DNA of 64,000 nucleotides, from positions 5,642,001-5,706,000 of the forward strand of contig NC_073391.1 of the NCBI RefSeq assembly GCF_028641065.1, given 5' to 3'. This document shows, piece by piece, positions 23,620 to 35,743 of the stretch. The notes under the pieces were generated by a model. That model had not been told where the DNA came from and did not search any database. It worked only from the letters and a program-made list of their open reading frames with translations. How positions within the stretch are numbered: the stretch's first letter is position 1; each line of letters begins with the position of its first letter. Origin of the DNA: Leucoraja erinacea (lineage: Eukaryota). The position numbers were made by a program, and so were the translations under genes.

Positions 23620-25254
23620 CAATGTATTAAGTTAGTATTCAGACCCCTTAACTTTTTCCACATTTTGTTATGTTACAGCGATATTCTAAAATGGATTAAA
23701 TTCATTTTTTTAAATCATCAATCTACACACAATACCCCATAATAAAAAAGAGAAAACAGGTGTTTAGAAATGTTTGCAAAGTAATTCAAAAGAAAAAATT
23801 GAAATATCACTTATGAATATTTTCATAAGTATTCAGACCCTTTACTTAGTACTTTGTTGAGGCACCTTTGGCAGCGATTACAGCACCAAGTCTTCTTGGG
23901 TATGACTCTACAAGCTTGGCACACCTGTATTTGGGTAATTTCTCCCATTCTTCTATGCAAATTCTCTCAAGCTCTGTCAGGTTGGATGGGGAGCGTCGAT
24001 GCACAGCTATTTTCAGGTTCCTCCAGCGATGTTCGATCGGGTTCAAGTCCGGGCTCTGGCTGGGCCACTCAAAGACATTCACAGCCTTGTCATGAAGCCA
24101 CTCCTGCATTGTCTTGGCAGTGTGCTTAGGGTCATTGTCCTGTTGGAAGGTGAACCTTCACCCCAGTCTGAGGTCCAGAATGCTCTGGAGCAGGTTTTCA
24201 TCAAGGATCTCTCTGTACATTGCTCCGGTCATCTTTCCCTCGATCCTGACTCTGAAAAACATCCCCTCCAGTTCCTGCCTCTGAAAAACATCCCCACAAC
24301 GTTATGCTGCCACCACCATGCTTCACTGTAGGTATGGTATTGGCCAGGTGATGAGCGGTGCCTGGTTTCCTCCAGACGTGACGCTTGGCATACAGGCCAA
24401 AGAGTTCAATCTTGGTTTCATCTGACCAGAGAATCTAATTTCTCATGCCATTTGGCAAACTGCAAGTGGGCTGTCATGTGCCTCTTACTGAGGAGTGGCT
24501 TCCGTCTGGCCACTCTACCATAAAGGCCGGATTGGTGGAGTGCTGCAGACATAGTTGTCTTTATGGAAGTTTCTCCCATCTCCCCAGAGGAACTCTGGAG
24601 CTGTCAGAGGGACCATTGGGTTCTTGGTCACCTCCCTGACCAAGGCCCTTCTCTCCTGATTGCTCAGTTTGGCCGGGCGGCCAGTTCTATGAAGAGTCCT
24701 GGTGGTTCCAAGTTCTTCCACTTAAGAATGACGGAGGCCACTGTGCTCGTCGGGACCTGCAATGCTGCAGACATTGTTTTATACCTTTCCCCAGATATGT
24801 GTCTTGACACAATCCTGTCTTGGAGGTCTACGGACAATTCCTTCATCTTCATGGCTTGGTTTTTGCTCTGACATGCTCTGTCAACTGTGGGACCTTATAT
24901 AGACAGGTGTTGTGCCTTTCCAAATCATGTCCAATCAATTTAATTTACCACTGGTGGACTCCAATCAACTTGTAGAAACATCTCAAGGATAATCAATGGA
25001 AACAGGATGAACCTAAGCTCAATTTTGAGTGCCATAGCAAAGGGTCTGAATACTTATGTAAATGTGATATTTCAATTATTTATTTTTAATTACTTTGCAA
25101 ACATTTCTAAACACCTGTTTTTGCGTCTTCAATCTGGTGTATTGTATCTAGATTGATGATTAAAAAATAATAATTTTATCCATTTTAAAATAAGGCTGTT
25201 ACATAACAAAATGTGGAACAAGTGAAGGGGTCTGAATACTTTCTGAATGCACTG
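23620..25254 (-). mobile_element. Tc1/mariner DNA transposon, near full length (~1.63 kb)
   Basis: Long TIRs (CAGTGCATTCAGAAAGTATTCAGACCCC) with inner direct repeats; TA on both sides. Confidence 0.95.
23846..24852 (-). pseudogene. Tc1 transposase pseudogene (DD34E type), frameshifted
   Basis: KELSVDLQDRIVSRH, GRPAKLS, WPSQSPDLNPIEH and AAKGASTKY spread over several ORF fragments. Confidence 0.95.
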
Positions 25255-26494
25255 TACATAAAAAAAACCCCATAAACAGCCACCACAGCGGCGTGTGAGA
25301 ATCCGCAGGGCACACAGCATAAGCGGAGATCCACAGTGATCAGTTCAATGTCCGGGCCACACACACACTCCTTCACTGTGATGTGACCAGAGTTGTCCCG
25401 ACCGCTGTCACTCTCTCTGCAGTCCCTGTCCGCCCGAACAGTCGAAAGGACATCCACACTCGCACTAGAATACGGGATGACCTCATGGAACCATGTCCAT
25501 GCAAACACCGAGATCACTGCACTCACGGCAATCCCTCCGAGTCCCCACCAGCGCAGGCAGCACGTCCATCTTGTTTTTCGGCGACCTAACATTCCACACT
25601 CTGATGGAAGGCAAATAACTTTTACTGTGTTCCTCCTTTTTCCATCTATCATCTTTGTCACTTGCGTCAAAAATAGCACCACAAAAGAGCATACATGCAC
25701 TGCTATCAGTCTGTGAGGAACTCGTGTGTGTTGCCTACTCAGCAACCATTTTGGTGCAGCTTTGATTCTGGGCTACTGCTGTAAAACACTGGTTATAATT
25801 CTCCTTTTCAAGTGCCCTTTCATCTGTGGGTCAATAAAACCAAAGAATGAGATGACAGTTTTTCCTTTGATGGTTATTTTTTTTTAAACAATTGCAAGGG
25901 AAGTGAATTGCAGCAGCAACCAGTTCCAAATGTAACAATTAACTTGGCTATTTCTATAATGTTATAAGAAAATTATCTGGGAAATAGAAATTTCAATCGC
26001 TTCCTCTTGGGGAAGGAAAGTCTTTCTTTCAAGATTAAGTCCAATGTGCTCTGTTACTCTGGTAAAATGGAATCAATGAATACTGATAAGGTGCCACAAA
26101 TGATTTTGAAGGCCAAAGCAAAATGTCTGTGGAAAAACAATTTGTAAGATACACTATTGAACTGCATTGAAATCAAAGTGCAGCATTCTTTGCTAATAAT
26201 CGCATGCAAACGCTTTGCCTGGAATTTCTTCTCCGATCAGTGACACCTAACACATAATCTGAGGCAAAGTGCAATGTGCTTTTCCACCCATCACAACCAG
26301 AGATGACTTTGTCAGCAATTACATTCCGATTACTTCACAAGCTAATTAGGGCATTGTAACACCAACAACTTCACTCCACCTGCTAAAACTGCAAAAGGCT
26401 GGAAAAGTTCCAGAGTGGAATCCAATTTCCGATATACAATCAATACGCTTGGAAAGTAAGAGTGTTGAGATGCAACTACATGTGGAGGTTTTGA

Positions 26495-26875
26495 TTAGTT
26501 TAGTTTAGAGAAATAATGTGAAAGCAGGCCCTTCGACCCACCGAGTCCACTTTGACCAGCGATTACCCCATACATTAGCACTCTCCTACATACGAGGGAC
26601 AATTTACAACCTTACCAAAGCTAATTAACCTAGAAGCCTGTTCGCATTTCGAGTGTGGGAGGAAACTGGAGCAACCAGAGAAAACCCACGCAGGTCATGG
26701 CACGGGTTTTCTCCGGGTGCTCCAGTTTCCTCCCACACTCCAAAGGCGTACAGGTGTGTCGGTTAATTGGCTTTGGTAAGATTGTACAAACTCTGTTTAG
26801 ACAGCACCCTTAGTCAGGATCGAGCTCGGGACTCTGGCGCTGTAAGGCAGCAACTCTACCACTGCGCCACCATGC
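26495..26875 (-). mobile_element. V-SINE with internal inverted duplication
   Basis: ~26702-26786 is the reverse complement of ~26602-26690. Confidence 0.8.
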
Positions 26876-27283
26876 CACTGGTAGTGGAAATGACAGGTGA
26901 AGTCAATAGCCATGCAACATCTAATTGTCAGCTCCCGTGTGAAATTGAAACATAGATATGTAATTAACACTTCTTCATCAATAGGGTTAAAGCGTCGAGC
27001 TCATATCTGGGAGTTCCTCCACTGGGAGAACTGCAACTACAGTATTCAGAAAGGCAGATTAACACTGTCTCCTCAAGAGCAATAAGGGCATCGCCAGTGG
27101 CTACCATATCCCATACATATCCCATAAATGACTGTCAAAATCATTCTGTACCACATTTAGTAAAACAGTATCCATGACGCTCTAGATTGGCATTATCTAA
27201 AATAATCATCGATCATTTGAAAGTTTATTAAATAATTAACTGGTATCGTTTTTTTCCATTCGACAAGATTTCGTATAAAATCT

Positions 27284-27550
27284 AAGATAGACACAAAAAG
27301 CTGGAGTAACTCAGCAGATCAGACAGCATCTCTGGAGGAATAGGTGACGTTTTGGGTCGAGACCCTTCTTCAGACATGAGAGTTAAGGGAAAGGGAAACA
27401 AGAGATATAGATGGTGATGTAGGGAGATACAGAAGAAATGAATGAAAGATATGCATGAAAGTAACGATGATCAAGGAAACAGGCCATTGTTAGATGTGGC
27501 CTGGGTGAAAACGAGTTACAGACAACGAGACTCAACAAGACCACATCAAA
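27284..27550 (-). mobile_element. PLE 3' UTR and pLTR
   Basis: Consensus match; hammerhead motif at ~27343-27375. Confidence 0.8.
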
Positions 27551-27685
27551 GTTGCTGGCTGCATCTGGGTGAGTCATGAGCTCAGGCTTGCCCCTTTCAC
27601 AACACGAAGACGTCAAACTTTGGTTAGAATCAAATGGCTTTTCCTCTTTCTTTGTGACATTATATACAGCCAGATGCTTGAAGGA

Positions 27686-28418
27686 GGTATCAAAGGTTTT
27701 TTTTTTTATTGGTCACATTCACATACACCTAGGTGTAGTGAAGTGAAATGCTTCTTGCCATTTTGCAGCACATAAAGAAGGAATACAGACATAACATTAA
27801 TAAGAGTTTTAAACGTAAAGAACATCCCCCACAATGGTTCCCATTATGAGGGAAGGCACAAAGTCCAGTCCCCAACCCCAGTTCACCCATAGTCGGGCCT
27901 ATTGAGGCCTCCACAGTTGCCTCTACGGAGGCCCGATGTTCCAGGCCGTTCTCGGCGGGTGATGCTCCGGCGTCGGGAGAGTCCTCTCAGCGGCTTGGGA
28001 ACCCTGGAACGGCCACTTCCGTACTGGAGGCCGCTGTTTCCGAAGCCAACAAGGCCACGCCGGTTGGAGCTCCACAACTGGCGATCTCATCTAGAGATCC
28101 CAGGCTCCCGGTGTAACGTCAGCGCCGCCGCCCGCAGCTGGTCGCTCCACAGTCCCGCAGCTCCGCGATGTTTTCCTCAGCGATCTTCAGCTCACTCCGT
28201 GGAGCTCCAGTGCGGCGACCCGGGCAAGGCATCGCCCGCTCCGCGATAGCCATCCAGCGCTGTGCCGCCGCCGAAGCCAAGGTTCTGGGCGGTCCCCGAC
28301 AGGAAACGCTGCTCCAGGCCTGCTGGTAGGCCGCGAGGACGGGTCGAAGCTGCAGCCCGGAGAAAAGCTGCCTCAACGACCAGGTAGGGACCCTGAAAGG
28401 TAGTTTCCCCCTTCCCCT
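27686..28418 (-). mobile_element. GC-rich non-coding retroposon (subfamily C)
   Basis: CpG-rich body; minus strand ends TTTCAC-TTCACTACACC-TA-GGTGTATGTGAA-TGTGACCAATAAA. Confidence 0.6.
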
Positions 28419-29040
28419 TATGCAGGATTCCTAAAAATGCATGTGGTTAAATATGTGCTAGTGAAAAAGTGAACGAGATTGACCCCACTCTACATGTATG
28501 CTGTTGCACAGGCTACATATGGTAAAAACAATGCGCCATTGGCAGGAGGACAAACAGATGAGTGTCCTCCACACAACACATTCTAGAGTTTTTCCCATGG
28601 GTGATAACATTTCTGGCACAGTTCTTTCCTTGCCCCGCTGCCACCCCCATTCCCACAGAATCTATATTACAAAAAGTCTGATCTTGACCGTTTTTGGCCC
28701 ACTGTTGTGCAATTTCTGAGAGAACACTGCCACCCATGGCTGTCATTTTTGGCCACCTCGCTCAGAGCCCACGTCCACCTTCGTGGACCAGAGGATTTTT
28801 CCCATCGATGAAAAATCAGAGAGATATTAATGTTTAAAAAAAATTCACCATTCTCTCTGCTGCCCCTGCTGGAGGGAGGGAGAGGGACTATAAAACCAGG
28901 AAGTGGTGTGCCTCACTCAGTCTCTGCAAGATGGTGGAAGCCAGAGGGTCACGTCTCTCTGAGCTCTGAATAACACTTAACACATATCTCCTCAACTGTG
29001 AGTCCCCTTAATGTGGTTTGAAAATGAATATATGGTTGGT

Positions 29041-29262
29041 TTGAAGTTAAAAGACACCACTGCAAATGGTGGTTTGGGTGCTTTGGCTTGAAGTTGAAAG
29101 GCACTACTGCAAATGGTGGTTTGGGTGCTTTGGCTTGAAGTTAAAAGGCACTACTGCAAATGGTGGTTTGGGTGCTTTGGCTTGAAGTTAAAAGGCAGTA
29201 CTGCAAATGGTGGTTTGGGTGCTTTGGCTTGAAGTTAAAAGGCACTACTCCAAATGGTGTTT
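29041..29262 (+). repeat. 47-bp minisatellite, ~4.5 copies
   Basis: CTGCAAATGGTGGTTTGGGTGCTTTGGCTTGAAGTT(G/A)AAAGGCACTA at 29060, 29107, 29154, 29201. Confidence 0.95.
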
Positions 29263-29656
29263 TAGGTGACATCCTGTTTGCACTTTATATTGATTTTAGG
29301 TAAAACGCTACCACTTAGGTGTGATTTTTGGCCATCTTACTCAGTCCCCCTCCGCTCAGCAGGTGCAGAGGATTCTTCCCATCAATGAAAAATAAAAGTG
29401 TTATTAGTGTTTAAAAAATGTTGAGAATCTCTCTCCTGTCAATCACGCCATGAAGGCCACACCTTTTCTAGTGAGAGGGGGAGGGGTTATAAAACCTGGA
29501 AGTGAGGGTGTGGCTCAGTCTCTACATGATGGGGGAGGGAGAGGTCACGACTCTGTCTGAGCTGTGAATCAACTGAACACACTGAATGTCTACTGAACTG
29601 TGTGTTTGGTGTTTTGTGGTGTTTTGTGTGGTTTTATGGTGGTTTTATAATGGTTT

Positions 29657-29962
29657 CACCCTGCTTGAAATGGTATGAAACAGCATTTGAATGTGGTGGC
29701 CTTGCACCCTGCATGAAATGGTATGAAACTGCCTTTGAATGTGGTGGCGTTGCACCCTGCTTGAAATGGAATGAAGCTGTGTTTGAATTTGGTGGCCTTC
29801 ACCCTGCTTGAAGTGGCATTAAACTGCACGTCAATTTGGCGGCCTTGCACCCTGCTTGAAGTGGTATGAAACTGCACTTGAATTTGGTGGCCTTGCTCCC
29901 TGCTTGAAATGGTAGGAAAATGGATTTGAATTTGGTGGCCTTGCACCCTGCTTGAAATGGAA
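29657..29962 (+). repeat. 48-bp minisatellite, ~6.4 copies
   Basis: CACCCTGCTTGAAATGGTATGAAAC.GCATTTGAAT.TGGTGGCCTTG units starting at 29657, 29705, 29753 and onward. Confidence 0.95.
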
Positions 29963-30414
29963 TTTCAAGGAATAGCCATGAGTCAACTGCCAGCCCACCA
30001 GCCGTGAGTGAGCTGCCAGCACATCAGGCTTGTGGGACTGAGCTGCCACCCCAAGAACCCATACCAGTGCTCCAGAAAGCCCCCCCACTGGCCACCAATA
30101 TTGGAATTGGTGGAGAGATGGAATATTGCATCGGGGGACCAGCCATCCTGTGTGAACATGGGACCCAACGGGTCCCACTTGGTCTAGTTGAAGCTAAAAT
30201 TGGTTCTTCAAATGTGGTGAACTCTGGCACTATTTCTACTGTAGCAGGAACATTAGGATGTGCTTCAACTGAGACATTTAGTGTTTTGATAGTGGTGAGA
30301 AACAGGAAAATCCAACGTAAATCCAATGTACACCCTTCCCATCTTCCCCTCCAGTTAAGGCATTTTGGTGCATTGAAAGAAGCTTTTCGGCTCATTGGAT
30401 TTGCTTTGAATTAA

Positions 30415-30600
30415 TTAAGTTCAGAGATACAGCGCAGGACAGGCCTTTTGCTGCTATCTTACACTATCCTACACACTATCCTATTCTACATACACTAGGA
30501 ACATTTTACATTTATACCAAGCAAATTAATCTACAAACCTGTACGTTTTTGGAGTGTGGGAAAATCCCGAATTAAACCCACGCGTTCACAGGGAGAACAT
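30415..30600 (-). mobile_element. V-SINE 3' portion
   Basis: Tail and core match. Confidence 0.7.
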
Positions 30601-30914
30601 ATCAACTATTTATCAATTTTACTACAACATTACTCCATCATTACTCCATCTCCACATTTCTGCCTCAAATGTTTATCCATCTTTCTATTAAAAGGTCAGC
30701 CTGTTCCTCCTTAATAGTGGACCATGACAGAGAATTCTGTGCTGCATTGCAACGTTTCTCCTAACCTACTGTCCTGCTGCCTTAGTACTAATTTTAAATT
30801 GAAGAACGCTCATCTCTAATTTTTCCAATCAGGGGAGACAATTTTCCCCATTTATATTCTCAAGAACATTCACGATTTTTAATCCTTGATGACAACAGCT
30901 CATAAGTAAAAGGA

Positions 30915-31222
30915 TGGCATGGTAGCGTAGCAGTAGAGCTACTGCTTTACAGCACCAGAGACCCGGGTTCGATCGCGACCACGGGTTCCGGCTATATGGA
31001 GTTTGTACGCTCTCCCGGTGAGCTGCGTGGGTTTTCTCTAAGATCTCCGGTTTCCTCCCACACTGCAGAAACATACTAGTTTGTAGGTTAACTGGCTTGA
31101 TATAAATTTAAATCATCCTTAGTGTATGTAGGATAGTGTTAGCGTGCGGGGATCGTTGGTCGGCACGGACTCGGTGGGCCGCATGGCCTGTTTCTGTGCT
31201 GTATCTCTAAATGAAACTAAAC
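30915..31222 (+). mobile_element. V-SINE
   Basis: Head, core and tail. Confidence 0.9.
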
Positions 31223-31371
31223 AAAAAACACAAAGTGCTGGAGTAACTCCTTGCTTATGATTCCAGTGTCTGCTGCAGTTCCTCCACTGAGTTACTTCTG
31301 CACTGTGTGTTTTTGTTCAAGATTTGAACATCTGCAGTTCCTTGTGTCTACATCTGACAACAGTCCATAAC

Positions 31372-31604
31372 CTTCTTTGCGATGGTAGACACAAAATGCT
31401 GGAGTAACTCAGCGAGACAGGCAGCATCTATGGAGAGAATGAATGGATGACGTTTCGGGTCCCTTCTTCAGAGTGGTTCCTTCTAACCCATTCCTTCCTC
31501 CATAGATGCTGCCTCACCCGCTGAGTTACTCCAGCATTTTGTGTCTACCTCCGATTTTATCCGGCATCTGCAGTTCTTTCTCACATCTTCTTTGCGATGG
31601 TAGA
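31372..31604. mobile_element. PLE-derived hairpin mini-element with 18-bp TSD
   Basis: CTTCTTTGCGATGGTAGA at 31372-31389 and 31587-31604 flanks inverted pLTR arms. Confidence 0.85.
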
Positions 31605-31980
31605 AATAATCCTAGCCGTTCAATTTCCCCACCCATGTAATGTTTTATCCCTGACATTGAGGTTGTGCTTATCTATGCTGGATCATCTAACACAAGACAA
31701 ATCTGAAAGGAGCCCAATATAATTTACAGGAGAGAGATCACAATGACAAATGTTATTGCTCCTTGAGGAAAATACAAATCAGTGGGCAGAGTAAATTCAC
31801 AGGATATTGTTAATTTGTATTGGGTACAGTGCCATTAAGAAGATTGATTCACAGTATCAGATGCAAGGCGCAGCTGGATATCCAGTGGATATTTACTCAT
31901 TATTAATCTTTGGTCCAGTTTGCTGATCATTTTGCCCATTAAATAGTTAAATTGGTCCTGATTCTATCCACTCTGACATG

Positions 31981-32448
31981 AGGAATGAGTGGGTTAACCT
32001 ATGATGAACGTTTAACGGCACTAGGCCTGTACGCGCTGGAGTTTAGAAGAATGAGGGAGGACCTCATTGAAAGGTACAGAATAGTGAAAGGCTTGGATAA
32101 AGTGGATGTAGAGAGGATGTTTCCACTAGTGGGAGAGTCTAGGACCAGAGGTCACAGCCTCAGAATTTAAATGCCGTTTCTTTATGAAGGAGATGAGGAA
32201 GAATTTCTTTAGTCAGAGGGTGGTGAATCTGTGGAATTCCTTGCCACAGAAGGACCTGGAGGCGGCCAATTGATATTTTTAAGGCAGAGATAGACAGATT
32301 CTTGATTAGTACGGGTGTCAGAGGTTATGGGGAGAAGGCAGGAGAATGGGGCTAGGAGGGTGAGAGATCAGCCATGATTGAATAGCGGAGTAGACGTGAT
32401 GGTCCGAATGGCCTAATTCTGCTCCTATCACCTATGACCTTATGACCT
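31981..32448 (+). mobile_element. CR1 3' fragment
   Basis: ORF 31985-32170 LTYDERLTALGLYALEFRRMR; (CCTTATGA)n tail. Confidence 0.9.
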
Positions 32449-32999
32449 AGTATTGCCATATTTGTTCCCTTCATTTTCCTTGATTCAGCATTGGGACCAA
32501 AATCCCGTTGCTCTATCATTTTGAGTTACTTAAAAATCTTCATAGCTTTTTTCTAATGATCCATATTCAGTATGGTACCATTTTCCCGACCTTACATAAC
32601 CTCTCTGCATTGGATGCTATCTTGAGAAACATTTTGAACTTCACATTCTAGTGGTTTGTTAAAATGTTCTTTCTCTTTTATCTCCTCAATAAATTAGAAT
32701 TATATATAAATGCATAGTTCTTTCTAAATGTAATCCATTTATATCATGCCATTTCAGATTTGAATACTCCTCACAACTGAATTTTATCCAGAATAATTTG
32801 TGCGTCATATGCTCACCAATTAAACCTAACCCAGTGTGTTGGTAATCTTACATTTTTCTAAATCCTTCTCATGTGTCCTTTAATATTCTTAGATAGTTCT
32901 TATTCTGCCATTACTATGCATGTAATATATTTTTAATTCATTTTGCTCCATATTATTTGTTTCGTTTCACCCCAACAGGATAATATAAATGACAAGCAG

Positions 33000-33313
33000 T
33001 CACGGTGGCGCAGCGGTAGAGTTGCTGCCTTACAACGAATCCAGCGCAGGAGACCCGGGTTCAATCCCGATTACGGGTGCTGTCTGTTCAGAGTTTGTAT
33101 GTTCTCCCCGTGACCTGTGTGGGTTTTCTCTGAGATCTTCAGTTTCCTCACCCACTCCAAAGACATACAGGTTTGTAGGTTAATTGGCTTGGTAAATGTA
33201 AAAATTGTCCCTAGTGTTAATGTGCGGGGATTGCTGGTCGGCGCAGACCCTGTGGGCTGAAGGGCCTGTTTCCGTGCCGTATCTCTAAACTAAACTAAAC
33301 TAAACTAAACTAA
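33000..33313 (+). mobile_element. V-SINE with (AACTA)n tail
   Basis: Head variant with short insert; core and tail. Confidence 0.9.
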
Positions 33314-33482
33314 AATTACCCACCACATGTGTGGCTCTCCCATTGACACTTCAAGGTGACATTCAACTTAAATGATATGTGATCAATTATGATGGTTTTG
33401 CAGAACTGATCCCATCTCTTTTCATCACATTAACATCCACAGGCTTATGAAAATGTGAGTAAGGCTCTGATTGTTCCTTTTG

Positions 33483-33812
33483 TTTGGTCTAGTTTAGTTT
33501 AGTTTAGTTTAGTTTAGAGATACAGTGCAGAGATACACTGGCCCTTTGTCCCATCGAGTCTGCGCTGACCAGCGATTCCCGCACACTAACACTATCCTAT
33601 ATACACTGGGGCCAATTGTACAATTTTTACCAGGCCAATTAACCTACAAACCCGCATGTCTTTGGAGTGTGGGGGAAAACCACAGCTCCCAGAGAAAACC
33701 TAAACAGGTCACGGGGAGAACATACGAACTCCATACAGACAGCACCCATAGTCAGGATCGAACTGAGGTCCCTGGCGCTATATGGCAGCAACTCTACTGT
33801 TGCACCACCATG
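33483..33812 (-). mobile_element. V-SINE
   Basis: Full-length match; tail-to-tail with the preceding copy. Confidence 0.9.
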
Positions 33813-34049
33813 CTGCAGTCCACGACTTTAGGCACTGGTGATGCAAGCACTGTCCTGTTGCTTCTTAGAACAATGGACTGGTTTCTGTTCCTTCCTTAGT
33901 CTCTCTCTATTTTTATACATTACATATTTTGTACGCCATGTTCTCATAATACCATCGACTAATTTTATTGTTTTATCTGAGTTCACACTTTTTGCATTTT
34001 TCTATTGATTATCTAATACTCCACTTTGTTTGTAATTTCATTTCTTACA

Positions 34050-34614
34050 GATAGAGAGGAGAATAGAATAGAGAAGGGGGGGAGAAGGGGGGGGGGAGAG
34101 AAGGGGGGGGGGGGGGGAGAGGGGGGGGGGGGGGGAGAGAAGGGGGGGGGAGGGGGAGTGGAGACACTTTTAAGAAACCAGACAACTTTTAATAAGCCAG
34201 AGATACACAGCTGTGAAGTTTGGCGGGCATTTAACATTACCAGTCGGTTATCCTTGGTTCTGAAAAATCGTGCTTGCGTTTTTTTCCCCCAATGAGCCAA
34301 TGAAAATGACCGGTCCGCAAAGGCGATGAACTAAACTACCTACGACTACCTCGACCACACATAACTACATGGCGACCCCACTACAACTGCACCTACAACT
34401 ACAGGATTATCGATTATCTCCATTGCGACCAATTTTCAACATGTTGAAAAATTTGCAGACCGTACTGAGGCCGCGACTATTTCCCAGAATGCGGGAACTC
34501 CTCGCGACCATGAAGGAGACTCACCAGAGACCACCAGCGAACATGTGACGACCATGTGGCGAGCGCAGAGTCTCTTGCACTTACCTAAAAAGTCGCCTAA
34601 GTGGGACAGGCCCT
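34050..34614 (+). mobile_element. Harbinger-type non-autonomous element, right part
   Basis: Right TIR GTCGCCTAAGTGGGACAGGCCC; body similar to 7080-7455. Confidence 0.7.
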
Positions 34615-35049
34615 ATATAGTTCCAGTGTGTGGCTGAAAAGAGTCTGAAGCAGGGTCTCGACCCAAAATGTCACACATTCCTTCTCTCCAGATATGCTGC
34701 CTGTGCTGTGCTGCTTTTTGTGTCTATCTGCGGCTGAATGAAGTTTGGTTTATTTTGCATCGAACAGTATAGTCATCAACAAATGAAATCAGAAGACTTT
34801 GGCCACGTTTTGTAATGATGCATTGTTCAATATCTTTTCTTTGCATTTGATTCCAAAATGCGATATGAACATTGGGTCTTGTTTCAATATTCAGCATCAT
34901 CATCCCTCACATTTAAAGCACTATTAAATATAGCAAGATAATAGATCCAAAATGTTTGAAAGTATACTGCCATGACAAATGCACTATTAATATTTTAGTG
35001 TTTTGTAATTATGAGCTGCATATTTTAATGACTTGATTTCACACACTGA

Positions 35050-35357
35050 CGGCATGGCGGCATAGCGGTAGAGTTGCTGCCTCACAGCGCTGGAGACCCA
35101 GCTTCGATCCTGACTATGAGTGCTGTCTGTATGAAGTTTGTATGTTCTCCCCGTGACCTGTGTGGGTTTTCTCCGGGAACTTCAGTTTCCCCCCACACTC
35201 CAAAGATGTACAGGTTTGTAGGTTAATTGACTTCGGTAAAGATTGCAAATTATCCCTAACGTGTAGGATAGTGTCAGCGTGTGAAAATCTCTGGTCGGTG
35301 CGGATTCGATGTGCTGAAGGGCTTGTTCTCGCCCTGTATCTCTAAACTAAACAAAAC
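35050..35357 (+). mobile_element. V-SINE
   Basis: Head, core and tail. Confidence 0.9.
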
Positions 35358-35564
35358 TTTTCAATATTGATCCTTTATATAATTCTTGCAATTCATCAGT
35401 TTTACCTAACATCTCGTGTAGTACTCTATAGCAACATAATATCCAAATTAAATTTCCCTGTTCCCAGAGCAGTTAATAGCTTTAGCTTGTTGTCATCTCA
35501 GTTTTTTTTGTTCAATCTTTGTTCTTTGTCAGGAATGTTCTAAGCAGAAGTTCTAGATTTCTGA

Positions 35565-35645
35565 TATTATTATTATTATTATATAATATAATATAATATA
35601 ATATAATATAATATAATATAATATAATATAATATATATATTATTT
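35565..35645. repeat. AT-rich microsatellite, (TAT)n/(ATATA)n
   Basis: Direct reading. Confidence 0.9.
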
Positions 35646-35743
35646 ATTACATTAATTGTCAAAGTGTGTGTTTGTAGATTCAAATATTCTTATCTTAAGG
35701 GTCTTGTCTGACCATCAGCAAGTCTGAGGTGTCTACTTGATAA

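Larger units (their letters stand above)
23521..25760 (-). mobile_element. Internally deleted Rex1/Babar-type LINE (5' UTR and APE start fused to 3' tail), split by Tc1
   Basis: APE-like FAWTWF..RADRD..SG and CGPDIELITVDLR at 25270-25520; 3' tail TTTCAC..CGTGACAATAAA at 23521-23617. Confidence 0.65.
28661..30187 (+). mobile_element. Non-autonomous Helitron with internal tandem arrays
   Basis: A|TCTATATTAC 5' end; 3' hairpin TGGGACCC-AAC-GGGTCCCA then CTTGGTCTAG|T; diverged ~270-bp internal direct repeat. Confidence 0.85.

Noticed and set aside
29041-29962. Regularly spaced repeats resembling a CRISPR array
   Set aside because: Head-to-tail units without unique spacers, no cas genes, eukaryotic context
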